Shown piece after piece: positions 12,209-25,300 of a stretch of 64,000 nt of DNA (the stretch's first letter is position 1; each line of letters opens with the position of its first letter). The position numbers and the translations under genes were made by a program. The DNA is taken from the NCBI RefSeq assembly GCF_009834535.1, contig NC_045696.1:32304001-32368000 (forward strand). Reading direction: 5' to 3'. This DNA comes from Camelus ferus (Eukaryota). The notes beneath the pieces were generated by a model that saw only the letters and a program-made list of their open reading frames with translations, had not been told where the DNA came from and searched no databases.

Positions 12209-14061
12209 TTTGCATTATACGACCTAGAAAGTTAAAGATTGTTAATGTAAATAGATTTGGTTAGTTACTTTGTGTGTGTGTTCTAAACATCACTTTTCAA
12301 ACTTCTCAAAAATTGTCATTGGTATTAAGGTATAAAATCTGTAAGACTAAATGATACAAATTAAAATTAGGGGTCATTTAACACAATGTTTGGAATGAAA
12401 AATCATCTTCAGAAGAACTGAAAAATACAAACTTGTCTGATATGAGGGGAGCCTCTTTAATAGTTAACAAATCAGAGTTTGTAAGAATTTAACCAGGCTT
12501 CTAGCAAAAACACTTCAGAAATATAGTTTAGTGACTGAACAAACTATACATCAGATAATTTAGTCAGAACATATTGTGAAGGAAATGCAAGAGTTCAATT
12601 TTTACTCTCAGTCAGTAAGACACTCAGGAAACATAAAGCTATTTTGGTTTTAAATTGCTTTTAGAGTTCTGAAATTTATGTATATTTTTATTTGTGTTTG
12701 TGCAAGAGGAAAGAAAAACTTTTTGCTACAGCTCTTTGTATTTTTATTGATATTTTATTTTATACCTGTATTGATTTGTTAAAAATCAATTCAACTAGTA
12801 TTTTAATCTATTCATGATATATTGATGTTTAATAGCATCTGACTTTTTTATTCCCAGTCACAAAGAAATTGAATTAAATGGTTAAGATATAGCAATTAAT
12901 AATGAGAAGCTTTTTGCTGTTGATATTGCACATGATACTAGAAATGATAGAATAAACTGCATGTCTAAAAACATGATTAACTTAACATCTTATTCTGAAA
13001 AGGGCATAACAAAGAGCTATAAAAACATTAAATTATATCAATTTCAGCGTAATTGATACACCAAAAAAATCTATAGTAGAACAAGTATGGTGTTATGTTA
13101 GATTTTTCTTTTTTGCCAAACCAAAACAAAATATTCTAAAATCTGTGAAAGAGTAATTTAATGCTCAAAGTATGAAACAAGCTATATGAATAATTTTTTT
13201 TTAAGTTTACACTGAAAGTACCAAGTGTAGTGTAAACATTTCCAACTAAAACAAGAATTGGGATATAATTTACAGAAGATTTTTTTAAACTAGAACTTGT
13301 TTTTACATTGAACAAATACTTCAAAAATAACTCAAAACGATTTTTCCTTTTAAAAAAAATTCAACATACAAAATTATATTTTATACTTAAATTAATTATA
13401 TTTTCCATGAATCATTTTAAATTGGGTCAATAACTCTTACATTATTATACAATTTCTTGATTATTTAGAAATTAACCATTCATTTTGAATAGTGTGAATT
13501 TTGTTTGTCTCTGCTCTTCATTATAATTTTGACAAAGTCAGATTTCTGGGATGTTTGCTGATGCTGACTTGGCCACTTTATTTTTTCCTTTATCATGATG
13601 GGTAATTGAAAATGAACAAAAAAATCCTAATTTTAATTCAACCAATACTTGCCAAACATGTATTACAATATTAAACTATAGTGGATACAATGGAGATGCT
13701 AGTTCAGTGTCTTATGTAAAACTGATCTAAGATTCTTGATATACATGTGTAATTTAACATTGGTCTTATTCATTAGAATTATTAAATTCAACCCAAAATG
13801 CATATCTAACAACATTATAAAAATCTGTCCTGTTGTTAATTTGAAAAATTCTCAGTCTGTCATATTTTACAACAATTACTTGTTTATGAATTATTCTCTT
13901 TTCCTAGCAAAAATCTAAAATATCATAAAATTATACTTTAAATGTTTTAATATTAATTACAACTTTATGTTTAAACCAAAGAACAATAATCTTCTTGAGT
14001 TACATGCAGAGCAATTGCCTTCTGAAGTTTCTCTCACATAGCCCTATGAACTGCCACATTA

Positions 14062-14240
14062 TCCACATTCATATATTCACTTAACAAATATTTATTCATT
14101 ACATGAAGTTTATTTACTGCCTCCTATGAGCATGCTTCTGTGCTAGGCTATAACTTTGTATATTCACTGTCTCCAAATAAGGATGAAAGGTAGACGAACA
14201 AAATATTTAAAACAGAAGTGGGTCAAATATATAAAAGAAG
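14062..14240 (-). mobile_element. L2 3' end fragment
   Basis: 'cattcatatattcacttaacaaatatttatt...tttactgcctcctatgagca...tgtgctaggc' is the antisense L2 tail. Confidence 0.6.
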
Positions 14241-17200
14241 TAATACCCAGAATACAATTATTTATAGATAGTCTCTAATTTGGCAATAAATAAAATGTTT
14301 CATGGAAACATGATCCATTGACCTAAATGAAAACATCTGATGTCATTTTTAGGGATCCTTGGTAAATCAACTTTCTCATCATAAGTGTGTTCAATCATAG
14401 AGAAGTCTGAATGAAAAAACAGTAAAAATTAGGCAACTTGATTTTGGAAAACAAAATATTGTAGAATTAATAAAGTATATGAAAAGTTTTTCATCTGTAG
14501 CATAATTACTTAGCTTCAAGAAAAAATTTATCAAGCCTCTTTTATCAGTGTTACTACATAGTGTAATTGAATACTCCTTGCTATGTTATAGTGTGAGAAA
14601 AAATAAACTGCTGTTATCAAATTGTTTCTCTATATTATTATAATTTAATATTTTTATTTGTATTGATTTAATTATTTTAGATCAAATATTCATATGGTAG
14701 TATCTCCTGCTCCAAAACAAAGCTATTACTGTAGCTTATGTTTAGATCAGGTTATGAATTTTTTTATAATTTTTAAACTTAGCAACTTCTAGTTAGCTAT
14801 TATCTGAGATATTTAATGTAAAGTGAGCTAATGCCATTGTAAAAAAGCTTACTCTCTAGAGCCATCAGAATATTTCTAACTTTTTTCTTTTTTTTTTTTT
14901 TTCCATATTTGCTGTCTGTTTGAAATAATGTTTTTGCAAAACGATTCTCATCACTTTCAAACACCTGGGGTAAAACCAGATCCTAGAATTTAAAATACAT
15001 AGGGCATTTGATGGTTTCAGTAGCTGGTTAAGTCATGGTTGACTCAACATTTATATTGTCCATATTAATTTATTCAACATTATATTAAATCATTATCCTT
15101 TCACATTGCCAGGATATTTTCCCTTTGTCCCTTGGAAAACAGTTTTGTGACTCATTTGAAACCAAAATAATACTTTATACATTTATTTTCATATAGAATA
15201 AAATTCAGAAAGACAACATCATAAATTTTAAAAAATATATACAATTTAAATTTATTATTTGCTCTAATTTTTTTCTAATCTCATTTGCTCAGTCCCTCGA
15301 GAAGTATACAAAGAGATAATTGAAAAATTTTAATGGATTAAGCAGACATTTGTGATTAATATATTCAGAGTTGTTAGCTCTAATTCTCATTCAGTTTACT
15401 TACCAGTGGGACAGGAAAGTTAACATGAAAAACTAAAAGAAAGAGCCTCTATAAAGGATCCTCATTAAATTTCTAATGAATTCTCTAATGACCATACTGA
15501 CGATCCCATAAAACAACATAAATGAAATAACTTATTACATCTGAACATTTTTAGTTCACCAATATTTTGTTAATGGTATGGGTCATTATTTCAGTTTATA
15601 AATCCCGAACAAGTATTATATATTATAGTATATTTTATTTCACCATATTAGCTGCTTCTTTTTATTCCCTAATTCTAAAGAATATTCTAGCCATTCTTAA
15701 ACAGTTTACCTAGTAACAATGTTCTGCCAGCTTGGTCTAAGCCTCCAGTAGTAAAGTCAAACTACCTCTTGCCCTTAAAAATTAATAAGAAATGGAATTT
15801 ACTTGGATTATCATAAACTCTTATTAAATATATTAGTATGAAATTGAAGTAAACTATCATATGGTTAAAGTATACTCTTCTGTTTATTTAATCCAGCAAT
15901 TGGTAAGCAACCAGACAAAATCCTACTAATATTTTATCAAGGAAAATGAATAGTATTTTATTTTCTCTGTATAGAGAATAAATGTACTGATGCCTTTCAC
16001 AGGTACTTTAAAATAATGTGAGTCTGAAAATGACAATGTTATTATCTAGACCATAATACACAACTACATAAGTTGAGCAATTATATCCTAGATATGTTAG
16101 GTAGAATCATATAACATTGCCAATCTCCAACCATTTTGAACTACAAAAACAATATTTTCAGGTGGTTTAATGTAATGTATTCTGTGAATGAAAGGAATTG
16201 CCTAAAATAAACTAATTGATATATATCAAGTTAAATGTATTTTATAATCTGAGTATTTTTGGAAATGAATAAAAAAATAATAATTTAAACACAAATAATA
16301 AAACTGGAATAATGTTATTGGTCCAAATCTAAGATCTCTATTTTTATAGATGGACAGTTATTTTGGTTGTATAATAAATTCATGTGGAATCTCTGACAAT
16401 TCTCATTTATGAATATTCCCAGTTTTAGTAATTGTCTGGGAAGCTATTTGTTAAGTATATTGGATTCAACCAAATGAATGGAAATAGCAACATTAGGGAT
16501 GAATTTCCTAATGTGCTAGAGAGGTGTTTATTTGAGAGGGGGTTTACTTATGCTGTTCTTTTTATTGTATAGGTTTATTATGAAGTTCCAGTGTTATACA
16601 TGAGAAAGCTCTTTGTTCCAGTTAACTCAAATTCTTTATGACTGTATTTTTGACATTTAATCCCATCCTCTTTTAGGAATTTATTTTGGCCTATAATGCC
16701 TAATTTGGTTCTAAATTGAATTTTCTTTCACTTTTCTGTTTAGAAAAATAGCTATTATTGCATGATCTTTTACTTATCAATGATTTGTGTCAGCTACTTT
16801 GGCCTTGCCTGCCTCTCAGCAAAAATGACACTTTAACCCATTTCATTTCTTCACTGTCCCATTCTCTAAACCTCTCTTCCTTTCATGGCAATTATCCTTT
16901 CACTGGCAAAGCCTCGTATGTATTCTAAGTCCAGATCCAACTTGAAAATTACAGAGACAAAAATATTACAGAGACAAACATCTTGATTTAAATGGGTCAT
17001 AGAGACAAGAAATCATATAGACTGAAAAGAGACTTCAATCAGTTATTTTACCAATATGGCAAATTTGTTCTTTCGGTTAGGATTTTTCTTACATTGCTAA
17101 ACTGAATGTGAAAATAGAACCATAATGACATTAGCAGAAGCAGTTAAATAACCCCATAGGCAGAAATCTGTGTTATCATAAATACTGTATCATCTCAACT

Positions 17201-18117
17201 TCTAGTGTCCTTCCTTTGGTCAGTGCTCATTACAGAAATATAAAAACAAAACCCATTGCAGAATAGTGTCTTTTATAAAGATTAGGATACAGGTAACCCT
17301 AATAATTAGTATATTTCTCTACTCAAATAAAGACAGGAAAACTACATTTATTACCACCATGCCGTTTTACTTTTCTGATATTTTCAAATAACTATCAGTT
17401 ACTTTACACAGAAGGCAATCAAAACCTAGAAGGAATTGTGAGACCTTGGAAGAAACTTCACAAAAATATTCCTTAACTCCATAGAGTTGGAAGGATTATC
17501 AGGTCAACCTGAATGACATTCCCTTTTTCTGGTAATTTATAGATTTTTCTCGTAATGGTCAATATCTCCCCCTACCGTTATCAGGAATTTGTCATGTTAA
17601 CACTCTTAATCGCCTTGTCACAAGGCCAGCACTTTCCATCAACTCTCATAAGATTTAGGAGATAGGGTAATAAGAATTAGCCCAGAATGAGAAAAGTTGC
17701 CAAATATTCTTCTGATCATAGCTCTTGACATCTCATTTTTTTTTCTCTTGATCCACTAAACAAAGATAGGTACAGCTTATACAATTTATCATGAATGCTG
17801 TAAACAAAATGAATTGCTTATGTCAACATATGGCAATAACTATTTTGAGATATACTCAGGAATAGGTGAAATTTCATAGGTCGTCTTTAAAATCCCCAAG
17901 ACTCCAAATGGCCACTTGACACCACCAAGTAATTCTGTAATAATGAAGAAGGAATAGATAAGTGAGAATGAGCTGGATGTGGGATTTCATTCAATTATTG
18001 GATGCCACATGCTCTAGAGTTTGTTATGGTGTTTTATATGTAAGCAGAGATGTACAAAGTAATAAGTAATATTATTAGAACATGGCAGCTAATGTGTTAA
18101 TGTCTTTAATCATAAGA

Positions 18118-18300
18118 CATAACACTTGTATGGTGCTCATTCTCAGATATTATTCTTAGTGCTTCATGTGTATTACTTCAGTCAGTCCTCCTATACACCA
18201 AGGTAGGTGGTGTTATGCTCATCTTTAAACATGGAAACAGACACAGAGGGTTAAACACTATTCTGTCTCAAGGAATCTGACTCCAGAACCTAGCCTCTCT
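18118..18300 (-). mobile_element. MIR SINE
   Basis: 'ttcttagtgcttcatgtgtattacttca...aggtaggtggtgttatgctcatc...gaaacagacacagagggttaa...tctgactccagaacc'. Confidence 0.75.
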
Positions 18301-18889
18301 ATGTCTACCATTGAGGTTAAGTTTATCTTTTTTTGTAAAGAACTCATCTGCTCTCAGTATTATCTGCCCCTTCTGCTGACTGTGGAGTATTTCTCAGAAT
18401 CAGACTGCTCACAAAGACAAATCATGTCACCTAATTTAATGACCTTGTTGTTAGGTAAAAAATGCTATCAAGCTTAGGAAAACAAAACTGTATACATTTT
18501 GAGGTTTTATACAAGCCCATATGTTAAGATAATGTTTTAATTTTTTTCCTAATACAGTCATAAAGTTTAACCTCCATTAAAAGTTATAATGACTCTCTCA
18601 GTAACTAATAAAACAAAAAGATAAAACAGAACAAATATTCTCTAAAGAATGCCACGCTGCATTTAAAATTATGCTCACCAACGTTCAAACTCTTTGGGCT
18701 TTAGGTATTACTAGCAAGATATTTAGTTTTCTCGTGGCACAGAGGTAGGTAACTGCACTATGGCCTATCTATATGTATACAATAGATGCATGATTGCAGA
18801 GGAAATGTATGCAAATGTCTGCATACATACTGTCTTTAAAATCAAAGTTAGTGTGTGATTATGATCAAGCTTTGGGAAATCAAGTTAAA

Positions 18890-19200
18890 TTTTCTGCTCA
18901 CTCAGGCTTATGTTCCTGTTAAAACCCTATAGTTTCCTTCCTTGACGAACACCCCTTTTTTTCTCTTATTATCTAGTCTCCTGGATACCTTTACAAGTTC
19001 ACTTTCCACCATTCCTGCTTCCCTGCAAGGCAGCATCAAAGATCTGTTTGTAGTTTCCTCAGTCTTCCTTTACCTTACTCTTTCCTGCTTTTACACAGGA
19101 TGCTCTTTGCCTGCAATGTCTTTTCTGTTTGTGGAACAGATGAAATTCTAGAATTTCTAAGAGCCTCTGTAAAACTTTTTCTTAAGTCCTCAAAGTTTGC
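18890..19200 (+). mobile_element. Decayed L2 fragment
   Basis: Pyrimidine-rich L2-like phrases ('tgcttttacacaggatgctctttgcctgcaatgtc'); weak. Confidence 0.4.
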
Positions 19201-19304
19201 TGTTTCCTCTCTTTGTTGCCTAGCATCATACGTCTCTAACTGAACTGAACTTACTTGCTGTGTGACCTAGAGTTTCCTTAGATATAAATTGGGAGTAACA
19301 GTAC

Positions 19305-19734
19305 TGCGTGGGTCAGAGTCCTGTCGAGAAAGAGATTGAATAATGTAAGTAATTAAATTGTGTTTAAGGAGAATTTAATAAAGGGTTTATTTATAAATGT
19401 GGGAAGGATACAGTAAGACTAGAAGACTAGCACAGTACAATGTTAGTAATAATAGGAGGTCCTGACCATCCCTGCACCCAAAGCGGGTAGGGGATGAACA
19501 ATTTGTGAAATTGGATAAAAAGGGATATGGAGTTGTACAGGAAAGGCTGTTTAGGGGGAACTCTGATGTTTTTAGTTGAAGGACGTGGCCAGCTGAGGAA
19601 ACAGATGCCCTGATATCCCTCTCCTTCCTTCCTGTCTCCAGCTGGTATTTCCTAATGGCCAGTCTCACCCAAGAGCCAGAGCCAGCGCAGGTCAGACTCT
19701 GGGACTAAAAGTCAGTTTGTGAAGGGTGATGGCA
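19305..19734 (-). mobile_element. ERVL solo LTR, LTR41-like, inserted into a MIR
   Basis: 'tgcgtgggtcagagtcctgtcgagaaagagat...aggagaatttaataaagggtttattta' matches the recalled antisense LTR41 end; MIR sequence on both sides (19250-19304 and ~19735-19770). Confidence 0.7.
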
Positions 19735-19879
19735 CCTATCTTTTATAAAGATAAAATGAAATCATATTAAAATTAATATTCCAATTATATTTTTTAATTT
19801 GTGTAATATAATTTACTTAGTAACTGCACACAATTTTTAAATTATTCACTGTTAAAAGTAAACAGTACCAACATGAGTC

Positions 19880-20414
19880 TGTTACCCCAAAAGGGGAAGG
19901 GAAAAACTTGATTCTTGTCTTAACCCAAAAGAGAATGATTGAGACAGGAGTCAGAAGCATTGTGTAATGAAAAGATTTTAAAGGTTTTGTTTAGCAAAGG
20001 GAAAGTACACCTTCAAGAAGGGAGGCGGGCTGATCCAAGGGCGGAGAGCAATAGCCTTTGTCCCTTCTCTTATACCCTTGCTTAGAGGTGGTCTCTTGAT
20101 TGATTGACAGCTCCTGCTGTCATGCTTGTCCCCTTTTGTGCATGTCCTTACCATGATGCACCCAGAAAAATCCAAAGGGGGGCCTAAACCACAATGCTAA
20201 TTATATTACAGTGAGCAGTGGGTCATGTTCAGTTAGGTCCTTGTCAGTACTGCACAGTTACAGCTGTCCCGGTTCTAACCAGTTTCTTGCTGGCACTCAT
20301 TTAGAGGAAGTAAAGCCTCTTTATGCTGAAGGCAGGCCTACCACCATTTTCCAGACCATCTTCGCTCTGCTCCACCTATCTGCTTGGTGCCCCCACTTAT
20401 CTAACTACTGAACA
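19880..20414 (-). mobile_element. ERV1-class solo LTR (535 bp)
   Basis: Termini TGTT...AACA, 4-bp flanks agtc/ggtc, GC-richer than the flanks; minus-strand TATA-like ggtataag (~20070) with caatcaat upstream. Family not identified. Confidence 0.8.
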
Positions 20415-20429
20415 GGTCTAATTGCTTGA

Positions 20430-21500
20430 AAGAGGAACTGAGGAATCATCTTTGAATCCGCATACTCCTTCATTCCCCATGTATAGTGTGTTTAGCATGG
20501 CATTTGAAATAGATCTCCTGTCAGATTGCCTGGGTCCAAATCCTATAAGATTGTTACCTTCAAGCAAATCAGAAGAAGCTATATTCCTTTAGGTGGCAGA
20601 CACACTATGACTTGGTTAATGCAGCATGAGCTGGATTTCAGTCCCAATGCAACCACTGCCCGCTTTCCTTCTGGAATGAAGCACCAACACAGACACACAT
20701 GAAGGCCCAGAAATCATGACTCCCTCACTTCATAGCTGTCTGACTTACCTTAACTCCTTTAGAAACTCATTTTCTTTTCTGTAAAATAGGGAGAATTGTA
20801 GTACCTACTTTATTAGATCCTTGTGGGAAGTAAATGAAGGCATATATGTAAAACTTCTAGAAAAACTCTGGAATGCATTAAACACTAGATACATCATTTC
20901 ACATTCAAAATAGATCTCAATCTTTTGCCACATCCCCACTGCCTGCACCCATTACAGGCTTTATTTCTTACTGGACGATAAAAATATGTCTTTATTCATT
21001 CTCCTCTTCCAGTCTTTCCCTACTTCTAATCCTAATTCCCCACACAGAGCAAGAGTAGACATGCTGATTCTATTCTACCACATACGGAATAAAACTTTAT
21101 TAATATTATTATATCTATATTTCTAGAAAAAGTCTACCTCTAATGTAATAGATATTTTGAAAACCTCCACTAGCTTAAAAAAAATTCTGAATCGCACTAT
21201 CCTTATATATGAAAGTACACATGATTGTAAGAATTCTCAGCATCCAGTGCATCTCCAGCCCATGCCGTTTCCATTTGCTACAGTCTTCCATCTCCTGGCT
21301 CCTGCTCTCAGGCAGTGACACACACTCCTTTCCGGACTCTCCCTGTGATGCTCTCCTCCCTGACAACTCCCAGCTAGCAGTTCTCGCTTTCCCTGTGGAC
21401 TTCTACGTCACAGTTCCTCTTCCAGCTTTTTTTCCCCATCAGGATCACTCTCTTCCATTTTTATTCCATTGCTCTGTCATTCATAGTAGCATCTCCCAAC
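20430..21500 (+). mobile_element. L2 fragment interrupted by a + strand MIR (20482-20545 and 20720-20895)
   Basis: L2: 'gaggaatcatctttgaatcc...catccccactgcc...ttccccacacagagcaagagt'. MIR: 'tcagattgcctgggtccaaatcc' and 'ctgtaaaatagggagaattgtagtacctact'. Confidence 0.65.
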
Positions 21501-22144
21501 AAGGATGTGTCATTTTCATCAGCCTGAAAGATAAAATAAAACTTCTAGATCAGCAGTACCTGTAGGATTGAAAGTCTGCATTTATGAGCTATATAAAGCT
21601 TTTATGAGGCATATAAATCTGCCGGAGGAAATGCACCTGTGGAAACTAAGCAAGCTCTCCTATTCAAAAAGCTGTACCTCTGAGGCCAAAGGCCTAAGCC
21701 AAACCAATAGAAAATGAATTTTTGGATATTGACTTTGTACAAAATGCTATAAAATATTTCTACCCCCCAAAGTAAATTGTTGAACTCTAGAGATTACTCA
21801 ATTATTGGTATCTTCACTCTCTCAGAAATCTCATTATTTACGAGTCTTTTTAATGCTCACAGAGTCTAATTTTGATTAACACCAAGGTTCGAAGATTATA
21901 AAGGCTCATTACAAATATATTAAAAGCTTAACTGCATTTTTAGTACATGCCTTCCACTTTGTAACTGTTTTGGCTCCTCTGTTGCTTTTCTGAAAGTGTG
22001 GTATTTTACTGCATTGTAAAAACAGTTATATTTCCTTTCTGTGGTTTGACTTTGATTTTCTTCTGCCACTTACTTCTTGGAAAAAAATAGATACATTTGC
22101 ATCAGGATTTATCACACAGAAAAAACCCGTCTTCTGAAAATGTA

Positions 22145-22382
22145 TTTTATTTTACCATTTTATATGCCAGACAGCCTTTTTACCATTTTAAGGATATTAA
22201 CACTTTTTATCTGTCTTATATCTCTGAGTGGTAGGCACAATTACTTAGTTCCATTTTACAAAATAGGAAATTGAGGAACAGGGAGGTCAAGTATCGCCAA
22301 AGGCGATGCAGCCAGTGGGTGGCAGAGCCAGGTACTGAAGGCAGACACTAGGCAGACACCTACTCTTAACCACCCTATATTA
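22145..22382 (-). mobile_element. MIR SINE, near full length
   Basis: 'tatatgccagacag...ccattttacaaaataggaaattgaggaacagggaggtcaagt...gtggcagagccagg...ctcttaaccac'. Confidence 0.9.
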
Positions 22383-25300
22383 TGTTTTAGTGGTAAACCA
22401 CGTTTTTTTATCTGACCCCAAAGTATGTACAGAGTACTAATGTAGCAGAATGCTTTTACTCATATGTGATGGAAAAAACCTCAAAATATGATTATCCTTT
22501 CTTATCCATGACAAATTTATTATTTTACACATATTGATAACTGCACCTGGACAGTATATTCTACTTTTTCTTAAAAACCACCTACACTAATGTAGTCGAT
22601 TAAGATAGCACAAGCATAAACAGCTAAACCTAAAATAGCTCAGGGAGAGAGAGAAAGACAGTGAAAATCAAACACTGATTTATTCCCCTCTAGTTGGGTC
22701 TGTTTATCCATCTTTGGCCTATTTGTTAAGTTTTGAAGCTTGTTAGGAGCATCATCTTCAGTGTCTGAAAATGTAATTTTGAGGGTTTTCTTTTCATTAA
22801 CAGAAGAAAAGATTAACACTTAGACGTTTGCATTGATGGGTTGGTGTCCCGTCCCAGGGTTAGTGTCTGGAGGATTATGGTCACTGACCGGAGACGTGAC
22901 ATCCTTAGATGTTTCTCCTTCGTCAGTTTTATGTAGAGGATGGGATTTAAAGTTATTTCTGTTATACTTCCTCATTTTTACCACTTTTTTCTTCTCAAGA
23001 GGTTTTATAAAAACCATATATATATTTATATTTGTAGTGACACAAACTAAACTAAAATGAAATGTCAGACAACTGATACTGTACAAACATGTAATTAGTG
23101 AAGTATTTCAGATTATAATTCAGGCAATTTGCTGTCATGTAAATATAATGCTCTTTTCTCTAAACTGTGTGGCTCCTCCCATTTCAAAAAGATCTTTATT
23201 TCACAGGTGCAATTATCAGAAATGTACAAGGAAAAATACAAGGTACAAAAGGGTAGGAAAAGAAAGATTATCTTTCTTTGTGGCATGAATTCAGATTCCC
23301 CAGCGGTCACTGCTTGTGTATGAGGCAACGTGGCCAACCTGAGTAGCCAAACTTGTGTTCACAGCTGATTATCCAGGATATTTAGAAGCTGGACCTTGCT
23401 TCTGCAAAGAATGTGCCTTGAGCACACTAGAAGACTGTCTTTGCAGCATTAAGAAAAGTTTTGGCAGAGAACAAAATGTTGTAAATGGCCATTTCTGGTA
23501 ATTAATGCCCAAGCAATTTCCATGGTGTTCCTCTTTTTTTTTTTTTTGTTCTAAAAAGTTTCTTTCTGACATCTTGTGCTGTTACCTTGGATGCCTTTCT
23601 TCTCAAAAGCCTACTGACTAGCTGCCAAAGAGAGGCCGGTTCACACCTTGCCTTTTTTCCAGCGTGCTCTTCTGCTCCATAGAGATAGACAATACTCACA
23701 AAAGGAGGAGGGGGGAAAAAAAAGCAACTCACACAGTACCAAGATGTGCATATTGGGTGACTTTCTAAGCTGCCAGATTGCCAGAACAAAGCCTCAGGAG
23801 GATGCCAAGATGCTATCCAATCCTTGAAAAGTGAACAAAAGTACCATATCCATTAGGATCAAAAAGCATACAGAAAGAAGACAATGCTTTTTTATTTCTT
23901 TCCAACGGGTAAAACTTGATTTATTTTACCTAACATGTTAGAAATTGGTCTCTATCTTCTATGATTTTTTTTTCCTGCCACTTTGTTTTAAATGATTATG
24001 TTCCAAATAAAACTGAACAACAATTAAAAGAAGAATGAAAGATGGCATGTTCACGTGTGCAAACAAGAAGTTTTCTCCAAACTTTATTATTTTTTCATTT
24101 TTCTTTCATTTTAGAAACAGATAGATAAGTAGAATACTGTTCCAAAGTGAAGGCAGTGAAGTGTGCAACTGCCTGCCCCTGTCAGATTGATAGAGTGAAG
24201 ATGTTGAACGAGATAATGGAAACTTTCTATTCAGCGAGGACTGGAATAAAGAAACCATTTCTAGTCATTCATCAGCATTGATTGGCTTAGTGCTTGAGGC
24301 ACAGATCAGGAATTAGGCGTTACAAAGGGAAACTAAAACAAGTGCAATGATCCACTTTGGGAAGTGTGGTTGGCTTCTGCTTATCGTTTAGTACATAGCA
24401 ATCATAATACATGGCAACAAAAACTCAGCAAAGCCTTGAACATGCAGCATGGCAGCAATGTAGGTGCATGTTTCTTCCTGTATTCTGGTTCTGCAACTTA
24501 TGAATATTTTATTCTGGTAACTGGGGACACTAAGTGAATTTATATTTGGGTTTTAATCATGTTTAATTTAGAGGAATTTTATTGGTTTCTTTCTTCATCA
24601 TTTGTGATGATCAAATTTTAAGAATTGTTTAGTTTTCAGAAATGGTTTAGTGATAAATAGCTACACCAAAATGCAATTTAGTGAACATGTGTGAGCGTGC
24701 ATGCTGTAATTTATTTTCTGTAAAGGAGGTACTGAAAATATGTAAATGATACCTTCAGTCGTTTTCAGTTTTATTTTCCTTTAAACGTTTACAAACTTTA
24801 TATGCCACAAAATGTGTATGTATTTTCACTGCACTGCATGAATGTGGTAGCTCACACGTTTGCTTTTGGGCAATTTATACCAGCAAGATGGAGTGGAGAA
24901 CTGAACCAATTATCCAAATCACTCAAACCACAGGAGCACTCTGGCCTCAGTCATTTAGATACAGAATTTGAAATCAAAGTATTTCTTGGACTTGAATGGC
25001 ATGGACAATTGTCTCAGTGCTCCATTATCGCTGACTATAGATTTCCAATCTGATTATGGGTCTAACATAAGATGGAAAAAAATAATAACATATAATTGTT
25101 TTTTGAGAACTTGGCTCATTCCAAAATCATTGTGCCAGGGTTTCCTAGTTCAGACACAATCTGCAAGGTTAGTCCTCTTCTGAAGATGAGTGACCTCTTA
25201 AAGCCACTCGAATACTATTTAGAACAGAGAAGTAGACACTCCTTCCTCGGTTAGTTTGCCTCTTCAAAAATCCATTTTGCTTCAACAAATTTTAAATATT

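Noticed and set aside
21209..21565. Longest ORF (118 aa)
   Set aside because: It lies in pyrimidine-rich L2-derived sequence, with no recognisable domain or splice context.
22820..23086. Minus-strand ORF ending ...DHNPPDTNPGTGHQPINANV as a coding last exon
   Set aside because: No good minus-strand acceptor, unrecognised peptide, and no other minus-strand exons.
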